64,000 bases of DNA from Epiperipatus broadwayi (lineage: Eukaryota > Animalia > Onychophora): NCBI GenBank assembly GCA_028023455.1, contig JAQFVV010000003.1:14074001-14138000 (forward strand), written 5' to 3'. The notes under the pieces were generated by a model. The model was not told the DNA's origin. It did not search any database and saw nothing but the letters and a program-made list of their open reading frames with translations. The position numbers were made by a program, and so were the translations under genes. This document shows, piece after piece, positions 40,565-53,272 of the stretch (within the stretch, counting starts at the first letter, position 1; each line of letters begins with the position of its first letter).

Positions 40565-40777
40565 CTCTCCATCCACATCTTTCACTATTGTTCCTACTTT
40601 TATTTGGGTTTCCATCACATTACTAACCATTTCAATTACAAAGAAATCATGATCACTATTACATACTCTCTCTCCATCCACATCTTTCACTATTGTTCCT
40701 ACTTTTATTTGGGTTTCCATCACATTACTAACCATTTCAATTACAAAGAAATCATGATCACTATTACATACTCTCTC
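40565..40777. repeat. Perfect 105-bp in-frame tandem duplication at the end of the APE domain
   Basis: Peptide ERVCNSDHDFFVIEMVSNVMETQIKVGTIVKDVDG occurs twice in ORF 40562-41452. The nucleotide period is 105. Confidence 0.95.
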
Positions 40778-41633
40778 TTCATTATCAAACACCTTAATTT
40801 TCCATACTTTATTCATTCCCTCTTTCTCTACCAATACATAATCTATTGTGTGGAATATATTATTCCTAGACCATGTGTATTGTTCCTCATAAATATTTGA
40901 TAAGTTTCTAATGCTCAAATTTACTCTCTGACAAAATTTCTTCAAAAGCTGTCCATTCTTATTCTCTACATCATCAATTTCTTCAATATGCCCATTCATA
41001 TCTCCTATAACCATTATTCTCTTCCCCTTTTCTTTAAAATTCTGTATATCCTTAACTAGGCATGCATATATGCTATTGTTCCACTCCATTATAGTTTGAC
41101 TATCTCCAGTAGCTATATAAACTATATCCACCATCCATTCTTGTTTTCCTAACCTTATTTCAAACCACAAATGTTCTTGGCATTTAACAGTATTTAAATA
41201 TTTTTTTGATATAACACCTTTACCACCACCCTTTTTTTCTTTCTCTTTTTTATTTATACCATGCCATACCAAATCTTCCAAAACAGGTTCGCCATCTTCT
41301 CTTAGATGTGTTTCCACTACTGCTAATACCTCACGCCCTTCATTTTCAATTGCTTTGTTTAATTCCTGCCACTTTTCTGGTCTCCTACCACCTTGCATAT
41401 TCATATATCCAATTTTAACAATTTTTTCTTTCCTAACTACTCTTTTATACATTTTTTTGATTCTTTCTTCTCCATTACATTTATAAATAACTTGCTTAAC
41501 ATTAATTTTACAGACCTATTCCTTCTCCACATCTACATTTATATCTAAATCAACTGCCCTTTGTTTATTCCTTACGTCCAATCCATTCTTCATTTTTTTA
41601 ACAGCACTACAATATAAAATCCCCCCCCCCCCT

Positions 41634-42160
41634 TTACAAGTTTCCCGAACTACATTCTTTATAAATCAGACTCCCTAAAACTTCACTTCCTTGGTTCCCT
41701 AAGTGCAACCCATCTTTACCAAATAACTCCCTCTTCCCAATAAAAAAATCCCACACTTCTATAAATGAGAGACATCATTTCTCTCACACAATTCTTTCAA
41801 TCTCTCATATATAGAACATGCCCTATCTAACATATACCTTTTATCAAATCTTGGTAATAATCCAACTATTCCTACTCTTTCTTTAACCATACTCAAATTC
41901 CTAATCAATTCTGTGTACTCATCTATTACTCTCTCTGATATATTATTAGTCCCTACCATAAAATATACATCTCTATTCCCTTGCTTCTTTATTTTATCTG
42001 TAACATTCCTAATTTTAGCTACCGGCAAACATACTCTTACATACCTGTTTCTATTTTCCCTTACAATTATATCTCCACATTCTCTTATTAATGAATCCCC
42101 TATCAATACTGTCTTAGTAATTGATATGTACCATGTTACTCCATCTGTTGGATAGATCAT
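41634..42160 (-). pseudogene. LINE ORF1 SGNH/GDSL esterase domain (one frameshift at ~41760)
   Basis: VLIGDSLIRE (block I), CLPVAKI (block II; Gly changed to Val), VGTNN (block III) and, after the frameshift, KDGLHLG (block V; GATGGGTTGCAC at 41703-41714). Confidence 0.85.
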
Positions 42161-43199
42161 AGATCATGTATTATTGATAGAATACTGATAAAGTTAAATG
42201 AATAAGAGAAGGTGAAAAGTTTCGATTTTCTATTGGTAGGTGGCTCTAGTATTTTTAATTAATATTAGCAGGAAAAGAGACCTGCACCAAACAAAGCATT
42301 ACATGATTTTCAGCTCACTTTTTTAACCACTTTCTTAGAAACAGTAGTAATATTCATTGAATGAATCTCTGTTCCTAATACAGATGTTGAAAATAAGCTA
42401 GGAGAGTTATATGGTGTTTTTTATTTTTTATCACCACTTATTCCAAGATCATCAATGCCAACAGTTGGCATTTAACTGAGATCACTAAAATATATAGTTT
42501 CTAATGATATGATTTGTAAGACTGTACAGGAAACTTGATTTAGTTTTGAGATGTTTGACATGAGTCATTAACTTAGATAATTTAAAAGAAGAGTCACTTT
42601 TGACTGTGTGGTGGCAACTTGGTGTTCTCATTAATAAATACAAATAACCAGAAACTAGTATGGGAATTTGTATATGTCACTATAATCTGGCATCCATTGA
42701 TTTCTCATTTTCATATTGCTCCAGAGTAGAAGAAATTGAATAGATTAATGATCCTGATAAAAATTAATTTAACAAGAACAAATGAAATTGATAGGAGTAT
42801 AGCACACCATTAATATTAATTTAATCATAAATATTTTGCAAGTTTTTCTTTCAGATTTTTAATTATATGAAAATTAAAAGTATCCCTGCCATCAGGAAGT
42901 TCTCCACTATTCATTATTTTTGAAGACATAATTTTATAAAAATATATCTACAATCTCATATTTATACAATCTCTTCTATATAGAATTGAGAAAAGTAAAA
43001 ATGTTATGTAGTTACAACTTCAATCATAATGCTCCATTGATCAGTTGTTTGAATAAGATCTTGTGATGTTTCTGCACTAAAATATTAGGCTAAGCACAAT
43101 TGTTCCACTCAACTGATCAAACAGATTTTTTTTTTACCTTAATTGAATTTCTAGCTACATAATACAGGAATATGACTGATAAACTGTTCTCAGCTTTAT

Positions 43200-45900
43200 A
43201 TTAATATGCTAAAAATCTGAAATAGTACTGATGTTGTTATCATCATTTTCAACCATTATCAAGTCACTGCAGGATGACGGTCTCTCCAAGTTCAATCCAT
43301 ATCCAGCTTTTCTTCTTCACATCACCCCAGCACACTTCCTTATTTTATTCATCCATCTCACATGGTCTTTTAAATCTCTTGGAATCCAGTTTAAGATTTC
43401 AACTGTTCTTCTAGCAATATGTTCAGAGCAACTCCAACTTCTCTCTCTTAATCTTTCAGTGATATCAATGTGTTTGTTCTTTTACCCACGTATTTTCTTT
43501 TCTTCTTGTTATTCCTAATACACATCTCTCTATACTTCATTAAGTGGTCTAAAGATTCTGTATTAGACTTTTATTAAATGTCCAAGTCTCATATCCATAA
43601 AATAAGAACTCATAACATACATTTATTAAGAACCTTTTTCAAACCCATAAGCATGTTTCCTTTTAATATTAAGCTATTTCTACCAAAAGCACTCCAACCA
43701 AGTCTAATTCTATGATTAATTTCATCCATTATGTTTCCATCTGTGGTAATAATTTGACCAAATTATTTGTAATTGTTAACTTCTTTTAACTCATCATTAT
43801 CAATCTTTATTTCCATCTTTTGAGAAAATGCATTGTATATTATTTTAGTATTTTTAATATTTACTTTTAATCTTACGTTTTTTTCTTTAATCTGATAATT
43901 CTGGCAACACTTCTTGAAGCTCTAAAGTGTTCTTTTCAAAAACAACTACATCATCTGCAAAATTTAAATGACTTAAATAATCCCCATTTACTTTTATTTC
44001 CTTAGTCTCCCATTTAATTCACAAAATACTTCTTGCAGCACTGCTGTAAAAATTTTTGGAGATATGGAGTCACCCTGATTACACCCTTCTCAATGTTAAT
44101 TTTCCTAGTATCATTATGTAATCTAATTGTTTCTATTGCATTTTTGTAAGTATTCTTCAGAATATGACAATATCCTGGGTCTATATCTTGATGATCTAAT
44201 GCTTTAATTACTGAAACAATACTTGTAGAATTAAATGCCTTTTCATAATCTAAAAATCCAAAGCATAATGGCACCTTATATTCATTGGTCTGTCTATAAC
44301 TTCTTTCAATACTTGGATGTGATCCAATGTAAATCCTTTGATATGAACCATTGTAAATTCAGCTTGTTTTTTTGATTGGTTAAAATCAAAATTCACTGTA
44401 GATGAATTGTAATTATTTTGGTAAAAATTTAGTATAAAACTGGTGAAAGACTGATATTTTTGTAATTTCTAATATCTTCTTTATCACCTTTTTAAAATAC
44501 TAATATTAGTTGTGCAATCTACCAATCAACTGGTACTTCTTTATCATTTAGACATTTGGTATATAACTTTGCCAAAAAATCTCTATTTCTTCACCTGCTT
44601 CTTTTAAGATATCAGTTAATAATTCCATCTTTACCTGGATCTTTATCCTTCTTCATAAATTTAATTACATGCCTCATTTCTTCATTTAAAATCATGGCCA
44701 ATTCAGAAGATATAGTTAGTAGTTGTAGGAGGTACTTTTTCTTGTTCTTTATTGCTATATAATTCTTGCTACACATTTCATGATGTCATCTCTCTTTTTA
44801 GGAATAGTTCCATCTTTTTTTCTTATTGCAGAAAGGTTTCCTATCAATACCAAAATGTTGTTTTACATTCTTGAAACATATTCTCTTCTATAGCTTTTCT
44901 TGCTAATTAACATTATCTTTTTCACACCACTTTACAGAATTCGAGATATTTAATTTTTTTAATGCATCATTTTTATATATTTTCATATTTTTTCTTTTCT
45001 TCATAAATTGTCATCTTAGAAATTTTTTTACTGATAAATTGCTGCTTTTTTACCACCTATCTTTGTTGTTGTTTTTAAAAGTGTATATCAGTTATCTTCC
45101 TAATGAATTCATTCAAATTTGAATCATATCCAAAACCTGTTAACATTTGAAAACAATTTGCAAGTTATAACTTAAATTCATTAGAATGTTTCTGAAGATG
45201 AGGAATATCAACTGTGAATTTTGTTTTTCTTAATATTTTTTTTTTTTCTAGTTTTACACTAACATGTATCATACATCTTACTAATGATGATCATTTCCTG
45301 TGATGAATTTATTAAGAACATTGTAATCTTGAAATACATATTTTCTGTTAGTCAAAATATCCAATTTTTCTATGTACATTCATTTGGATGTTTACATATC
45401 CATTTGCATTTAACATTTTTCTCAAAAAAGGAATTCATAATACAAAGTTTCTCTTTTTCTGCAAACTCCACAAGTCTATGTTCCCTCTCATTTCGATCAC
45501 CATAACCAAATTTATCTACAACACTTTCATCTTTTAATTGTTTACCAATTCTAGCATTAAAATCTCCCCTGATAATTTTAAAATGTTGTATTGTCTGATC
45601 AAAAGCTTTTTGTACATCCATATAAAAATCTTCTACTATTTCATCACTATGAGAACTTGTTGGAGTATAAACCTGAATATATGCATTTGGTATTTGCTAT
45701 TAAGTCAAATAAATAATTTTGCCATTCTGTCCGATACACCATCAATCTCCACAATGTTGTTCTTCCACTTTTAATTTATAATGAATCCTACTCCACTTGT
45801 ACCTCTAATGTTTGTTTCTTTGTAATGCAGTACATGTCCACTTTTTAAATCAATTGTCTTCTCACCTTTTCTAGATGTATATCCATTGATACAAGAGGAG
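43200..45900 (-). mobile_element. RTE-clade LINE, decayed (APE + RT)
   Basis: GHVLHY...GVGF, IRGDFNARIG...GYGDRNE...LVEFAE, PLCFGFLDYEKAFNS, IEKGV, FADDVVV, RIRLGWSAFG and LYGYETWT. Confidence 0.85.
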
Positions 45901-46299
45901 GAATATTATGTATTTATAAGTGTATCAAATTAGATGTAAAGATGTCTTTAAAAATGGTTTATTACTCAAAAATATAATTTTTTGAAATTTGAGATATAGA
46001 AAACAAATAGTTTTTTTTATGTGTGTATTTTTTTTTTTCAAAAAAATAAATCTTCAATACTTTTCCTTCCATAATCACATAAATTACAATTAAAGTCTAA
46101 ATTCTTATTTTATTTTTGTCATATAGCCTTTCTAACCAAAGCTTCTGTAAATAATAAACAACGTTGAGCATTATCTTATATATATTTTTATGTAATTCTA
46201 TTTTTTCACATTCATTGCATATAATTTTTTAGTGTAATTTATCTAATCTCATTTTCCACTCCTCAGAATTATGTACCTGTAATATATTCTTTACACATT

Positions 46300-48450
46300 T
46301 ATTCCATTTCCTATAAATCCATTTATTAACTTTGCATATTAAAATAAATGTGAAGAGATATCATGCATATTATCTTTTGCTCTTTTTTCTACAACTGCCA
46401 TATTGCATAAAAAAATTGATGTCACTTTGTCTATATTAATTCTATAATGACAACCAATAGTTTGTACTGACATCTTTTTATATTTACTTTCATGTAATTC
46501 AAAGTGTTTTAGCATGTACTGTAAGACTCTTGCTTTCTGTGTTTGAACATTGTAGTCTTCCAAACATTTTGCACTTACTTTTACTTCATTAAAAAAAATT
46601 CAATTGTTTGGTGCCAACAATTCATGATTTAAGAATCATTTACATATTTCTCTAAGGATTTTATCTGAAAATTTCTGAGTCCTTACTCAACAAAGTACAA
46701 ACACATTATTCTACACCAATCTCCTTGGTTATATTCAAAATATAACATAGTTTTAATCGATTTCATTCTACTTTTTTGCTTTTATCTAATCTAACAGCAC
46801 TTAAATACCAATACCTTAGTTTTTTTCATGATAAACATTCCCTATTTTGTTTTATCCCTCCCATTAATTGTTTTTCATTGAATCTAATCTTCATACTTAT
46901 TTTCATCTCTTTGCATTTTTCAAAAACTGCTGCATATCATTATATTTTTACAAAAAATTCTATATTCTTGCAAGAAAAAAAAAATTGTTTTATGTATTAT
47001 ATATTTTATTTTCCATTATGGGAATTCCTCTTTTTTATATCAATTTTCTTTTAAAAACAAAATAAATAATAAAGGTGGTGGTGGGTATCCGTTTGAATCT
47101 AATTTCACATTTAACTTCATTTATTCTATATCTTTCAATTAGTATTTATAAAAATTATTCTTTTAAAGACCATAATCATTTTTAACAAACAAACTTGTTC
47201 CCATATTTTCAAATTTTCTTTACAAACTATTTTATCATAATTTTTTTTGTATATCTAAATGTTTAACAAGTAACTTGCACTTTTAGATAGTGTCCTTTAT
47301 AAGATATTTGAGTCAATTAAGTAACAGTGAATAAATTTTCTGTCTCCATGAACAAAATCCATTCTAAATCTCTCTTAGATTTTATGCTTTTCAGTCAAAT
47401 CTTAAATCTATCCATTTTATACCATTCATTTGGAATCTTATCATTTATTTTATTAAAGTTTTCTTTTAAGTCAACATTTGCATATTTTCCTGTATATATA
47501 AACATTTCAATTAACATATTATTTAATCCTTTTTCATTTCTTTATTTTTAAACCTATTACTCTCTTCAATTCTGAATCCAAGCATTTCATGAATTAAGCT
47601 CTGGCAAATCATATTCATTTATCAATTCTCTATCATTATATTCACTTTCACCTGCATTTAAAAATATAACCACATTTTCTTATTATGTTTTCACATATCT
47701 ACACGAATTTTTCACAATTCATTTTTTCAGCATTGTTAATTTTTTTAATTAATAAGTTTACAATATTATCAAGTTTATTTAATTTTAGTTTTTTTTTTTT
47801 TTTTAAATGTCTCACCAAATGTTTATCTTTTCATATCCTGTTTATTTCTTAACAGCCTCTTTATACTCTCATAGATACCCTTTTTTTACACTCTCTAAAA
47901 TATGTTTCCTTCTTTTTTTATTAGATTTTAATTCTAAATAAATATTCATTTGCAGATCATTCATCCTATTAATTCATCTTTTCATATGTTTTAAATTTAT
48001 CATCATTTATAATTCTTTCCAAAAATATTAATTCTGTTTAACTTTAGTTTCATTCCGTATTTTCCATCCACCCCTACCAAGCCTACAATATTCTTTCTAA
48101 TTATATCAATTCAAAATTATGATGACTACTACATTGTTTTTTACATTAAACATTTTAATCCTCTTTTTTTAACATTCTCTAGTTTATTTACTAATATATG
48201 ATCAAATTCTACTTTGACCAAATAAACTCTTCATTATAATTGTTATTTAAAAATTTATTCCATCTCTTTCACATTTCCTTTTCAATTACTCTTATTTCCA
48301 ATAGCTAAACATATAAGTTCATACATTCATTCTCTCTATTCAATTTTAATGTAATCTATATATGATCTTAGTAAGCAAACCTTGTTCAAATTCATTTTCA
48401 GAACTATCTTTTACACTATTATTAAAATTACTATCAATATACACTTCTAG
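46300..48450 (-). mobile_element. Highly eroded LINE-like relic
   Basis: Purine-rich minus strand typical of the decayed LINEs in this window, with only weak RT/APE-like fragments. No unambiguous catalytic motif. Confidence 0.3.
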
Positions 48451-48464
48451 CAACTATTGTTACT

Positions 48465-49235
48465 TATAATAGTAAATAAAATCAAGTCATACATCATATA
48501 ACATAACTTGATAAGCTTGTATTTTATAAAATAAAATAATGAGTGTGCTAATAGCTCTAATAAGCTTTATTGGTAAATGCCGCAAGAAAAAACACTTAAA
48601 ATCTCTATGTAGAAACACCTCCAAAACAGTTTCAAGCTATTGACTATTCTCAGTAAGGCATTAGGATATATCAGACACTAGATCTAAAATACCAACTCAA
48701 AGCCAGCACTTATCTAATATTTAACTATTAAATAAAAAATCTTACATTTTTAGCGACATTTATGATAAAGCTTGGTTAGAGCTATTAGCACACTCATTAT
48801 TTTATTTTATAAATACAAGCTTATCAAGTTAAGGCATATGATGTATGACTTGATTTTATTTACTATTATAGTTTTGTTTTAAGTCTTAAGTGATGTTATA
48901 TTACTAAGGCTATTAATAGATGATGTGGCTGAAAAGTTTTCAGACCCATATAACTATTTAAGTTAGATAGCTGGATTTAAAGACATATAGACATCTGAAA
49001 TTTTCAGATTTTTTACTTAATAGTTAAGTATTAGATAAGTGTTAGATAAGTGCTAGCTTTGAATTGGCATTTTAAATCTAATGTCTGAAATATCCTAGTG
49101 CCTTACTGAGGATAGCCAATAGTTTAAAACTGGTTTGGGAATGTTTCTAGATAGAGATTTTAAATGTTTTCTCTTGTAGGATTTATCGATAAAGCTTGGT
49201 TAGAGCTATTAGAATGCTCATTTTATTGTTATTTA
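48465..49235. repeat. Composite inverted repeat: arm 48465-48745 with two inverted partners (48757-48870 and ~49010-49235)
   Basis: TATAATAGTAAATAAAATCAAGTCATACATCATA...GAGTGTGCTAATAGCTCTAA is inverted at 48757-48870. ...GCTAATAGCTCTAA...CTCAGTAAGGCA.TAGGATAT.TCAGACA.TAGAT...AGCACTTATCTAATA is inverted at 49010-49235. Confidence 0.85.
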
Positions 49236-50008
49236 TATATATTATTCAGGGCAATGATTTGATAGTTTTAAACAGTATGAGATTTTGAACTCAAGCCAAT
49301 TTTTTTGAAATACTATATAGGTTTGACACTAAAACAATACATATATACTCTAATGACAATGGGTATCTATTAATTATCATTTTTCAAGTCCTTGGTTTGG
49401 CAAATTAAACAAAAAAAACTTCTCATTGTCAATATACAATATAATGCTTCTGACCAATAGCAAACATCTTTCGATTGGGGATTGATTGCTCATATTTACA
49501 ATACATAGCCTTCAAAAAAACTGACAGAAATGATTGATGTTTTTAATGCAGACATTAAATGAAAATGGGGAACTAGGTGAAGTTTTTGTCAATTACTAGA
49601 AGGCCTAATTTAAAAACTTATTTTAGTATATATTTTGCACAATTTTGTAATAACTATTTACTAGAGTTCTAAAAATAGTTTTCCTTAGAATCACACATCC
49701 TCAAGTCAAGCAAACATATGATATATATGATATAGATGGATAAATTAATATTGCAAATATATATATATTTGTCAATATTATTTTTTTATATTTTAAGTAA
49801 TACACTTTATTAAATCACAACATATTTACATAATTACAAGATCAATTTTTAGTACAGACAAAAAAAAAAAAAAAAAAGGAACAGTATTATCCTTCACTTG
49901 TCCATTATACACATTGCAACACGTTCACTTAATTCTCCTGTTACCTGTTCATTGTTTACGATTTAGACCCTTTTTCTTTAACAACATTACCCTTCTTTAT
50001 TTTATGTT

Positions 50009-53000
50009 TTACTCCCAGATTTCACATCTGGAGAGAGCAATTCCACCCCATACATGTTGGAAGGTGTTTTGGGGCCAATATTTTAGGCATAAGTTGAAGT
50101 AGTTCTCCCAATCTCTATCCATTTTTTTTAACCAATTGAATTTCTTATTATCAAATAAAAGTGAACATCTTATTGCCCACAACGATTTCAATGTATGGAT
50201 CATTACATTCGCATTGTGCGGGTTAAAGTTTATAACATATTTTTTCATAAGATATTTGAGATTTATTATAGGCCTGTGAAAGACCTTCATTCTAATTTCT
50301 CTAAAGGCGTAGCATTCTTCAAATAAGTGCATAAAAGTTTCATTGTGCCTCTTACACATAATGCAGGTTTCATTCAAACTCAATCCCAGTCTTTTATTAA
50401 TATAGGTAGTTGTAGGTAGAATCCCATTGATTAACTTAAAAATAAATCTCATTGATGTCTGAGGTATATATATTGAGTGAAATTTTTTTAATAAATTTTT
50501 CATTGAACAACTCAACCAATTATTTTCATTTTGGTAATTTGCTTTTTTTAAATCTTTATATCTAATACCATCTAGGGTGGTTACATTAAGTTCATCTTGC
50601 AAGTCTTTATATGCCATCAACATGTCAATAAGATACAATCTTTTTTCAGCTCCCAATCCATTAATAATAAATATGTCACCATTTGGGAGATTAAATGACT
50701 GATCCTTGGCTACATTCATATAAGCTTTAGCAGTAACAAATTGAACATAAGCTTTTGGGTCAATTAAATTGAGACCACCCTTATTTATTGGAAACTGTAA
50801 AAGCGAGGTAGAGAGGAGATAAGTTTTCTTTCCCCATATGAATTTTTTTGCCATCTGTATAATCTTTAGATTTGATTTATTATATAATTTTAACCATGGG
50901 CCATAATATCCTAGCACTCACATTGCAATTGCATTAAATATTTTGGTTTTAGTTATTTCATAGAGTTTAAAAGGCATAAAACCATTAATTCTTTCCTCAA
51001 TTTTCCTTGTGACTAATTTGTTTAATAGTCCATTCATCTTAGTTTTTGGTAAATATAATGGAAGGCCAAGGAAGGACTTAGGTAGGGCTACAAACTCATT
51101 GGGAATTCTTTTGCCTGTTGCCAATTGCCAAGCTGCTGATTTATTTACTTGAATTAATGCTCCAGCTGCCTGCTGAAATTTTCTGATTATATTCATTACA
51201 ACATCAATATTATAACAGTTTTCAAAAATTATTACAATATCATCTATAAATGTCGTGACCTTTATTGAAACTCCCAATTGGGGCAGGTAAATTCCATTTA
51301 TTAGTGTCTCTATTTCTTTTATCATGGGATCTACATAAATTGCAAACAACAGTGCTGCCAAAGGTGATCCTTGCGGAATTCCTCTATCTGGGGCAAAAAA
51401 CTCTGATCTTCTCATGAAATTTTTATAAGAAATTCTATTATTCATAATGTAATTTTTTATTGCATTCAATAAGAATGGATCATCCTTTATAAGCTCCTTT
51501 AGGGTATTAAATAGATAAGACCAGTTCACGAGGTCAAAGGCAGATTTAAAATCAATTTGCAATGCAAAATACTGTGTTAGATTATGCGTCCTGGCATGCT
51601 TAATAGCTTCTTGGATTTTAATAGCTGCATTTACTGCTCTCTTGCCCTTTACTGCATGATGCACCATTGATATCTTGTTACTGATATTTCTAAATAATTT
51701 TTTTTGTAATATTCTAGCAATGATTTTGGCATCAATATCCTCAATTGTTATATTTCTTAGTTCTTCAAAGTGGGGCATTTTCATATTCTTTTCTTTTTTA
51801 ATGCTGAAGATTATTCTGTTGTTAATATATGGCCAATCAAAAATCTCTGAGCACATTTGATTATAAAATTTTAATAAAGGGCCAATCAGAAGATAACCAA
51901 TTTGCTTATACACTGATGCTGGGATTTTGTCATTTGCTAATACTGTTTGCAACTTTAATCTCTTTATTTCAAGCAAGACCTCCTGATGTGAGATGTAACC
52001 ATTCATAGTTTGCCTTAATTGAACGGAGAATTGTTCACTCTCAATCCTTCGTTCGCCCATGATTTCTTTTAATCTCACAACCATATATTGATCTACCTCA
52101 TCACCCGATATCACAGAGTCTTCGTCTGTCATCATCAATGGGATACCATTGGTGTGAGGGATGTATATTTTCGCATAGTTAATTGTTGGCTTCACTATTT
52201 TGTTAAGATCTGGGATTAATTTTCTTATTCTTCGTGTATATGTTTCTTCCTGCATTCTTTTATATATATCATTATATTCCAGTTGTAGCTTCTTTACTAA
52301 ATCATTATTTTCTCTGAGGCCAGATATAGTAATTAGTATTTTATTGATTTCAATAATTCTATTTCTCATTTGGTTTTGTGTTAACATATTATTTGTGTTA
52401 TTACGGCATAGGCTTGAGATAATTTTTTTCATTTTATTCCATGCAATACATGGAGGTAGCTTTGATTGGCTTGTATAGTAGTTTGATACTATCAAAATGT
52501 TAGACATTTGATCAACTGTAAAGTTTATCTGACTCATAATGTTCTTTTTAATAGAAAAGACATAGGCCTTATTTTTTATTGCATCATAATTTTTTATCTC
52601 CAATAGTATTCTTAGGTGATCAGAAAAGCCTACTAGAGAAGTTTCAATGAACGAGTCTTTCACTTTACCACTTGACACAAAGAACAAATCTATTAATGAC
52701 ATATACCTGCTGTTAAAAAATGTGTAGGCATCCTTACCATATTTCATTTCCAATGGATATACTGCAAGAGCTTCTAGTTTGTTTTCCAGACTTTTAGGAA
52801 TATCCCGGTAAGAGCAATTGAAGTCACCTCCAACCACAACAATGCCCGGCTTCTGCATTAATTTATGTTGTATACCATGAATTAACTTAGGAATATCTTT
52901 ACCTTTACTAATCGAGTATACTGCAATTAGATAATGAAGCCTATCACAAAAGGTAAAGGAAATCACTATAAAATTTATTTGTAACATTATTATTTGTATG

Positions 53001-53254
53001 TTTCTTATATTTGATCTCATATTTATTAGTAATGCAACTCCCTGTGCTGATTTTGTATTCATTCTGTACAGAAAGACATTTGCCTTTGCAAGTCTTTCAG
53101 TAATCCAAATTGGTGTGTTGCTACTAATCTTTGTTTCTGATAAGATTATAATGTCATATTTTTGGGAAGCAATGTAGTCTATAATTTTAATCACTTTATC
53201 ACCTGCATTCATTCCTCTAACATTCATAGATATTATATTTAGTGAATTCTTCAT
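50009..53254 (-). pseudogene. L1/Tx1 ORF2 (APE endonuclease, RT, C-terminal CCHC), ~1080 aa with one in-frame TGA at 50918-50920
   Basis: MNVRG, SETK, GGDFN, SLID and FSDH (APE); IDFKSAFD, GIPQGSPL and FIDD (RT); CIMCKRHNETFMHLFEEC. ORFs 50918-53254 and 50009-50917 abut in the same frame (...AIAM*VLGYY...). Confidence 0.95.
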
Positions 53255-53272
53255 ATCTTGATAATTTAATAA

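Larger units (their letters stand above)
37893..42160 (-). mobile_element. Non-LTR retrotransposon with SGNH-esterase ORF1 and APE-RT-CCHC ORF2 (RTEX-like or L2/CR1-group), near full length, decayed
   Basis: ORF1 carries GDSL, VGTNN and DGLH. ORF2 carries YMNMQG, VETH, IGDMNGH, TIDY and SDH (APE); YRPIA, FIDIEKAYD, LRQGCPMSP and FFADD (RT); and CKLC..ENIRHLLLQC. The 3' tail is (CATCA)-like at 37893-37913. The clade is not certain. Confidence 0.88.

Noticed and set aside
50915-50923. Programmed read-through or selenocysteine at the in-frame TGA of L1 ORF2
   Set aside because: The position aligns with a usual Ser (TCA>TGA is one change), no SECIS-like context was noticed, and ORF1 of the same copy is also mutated.
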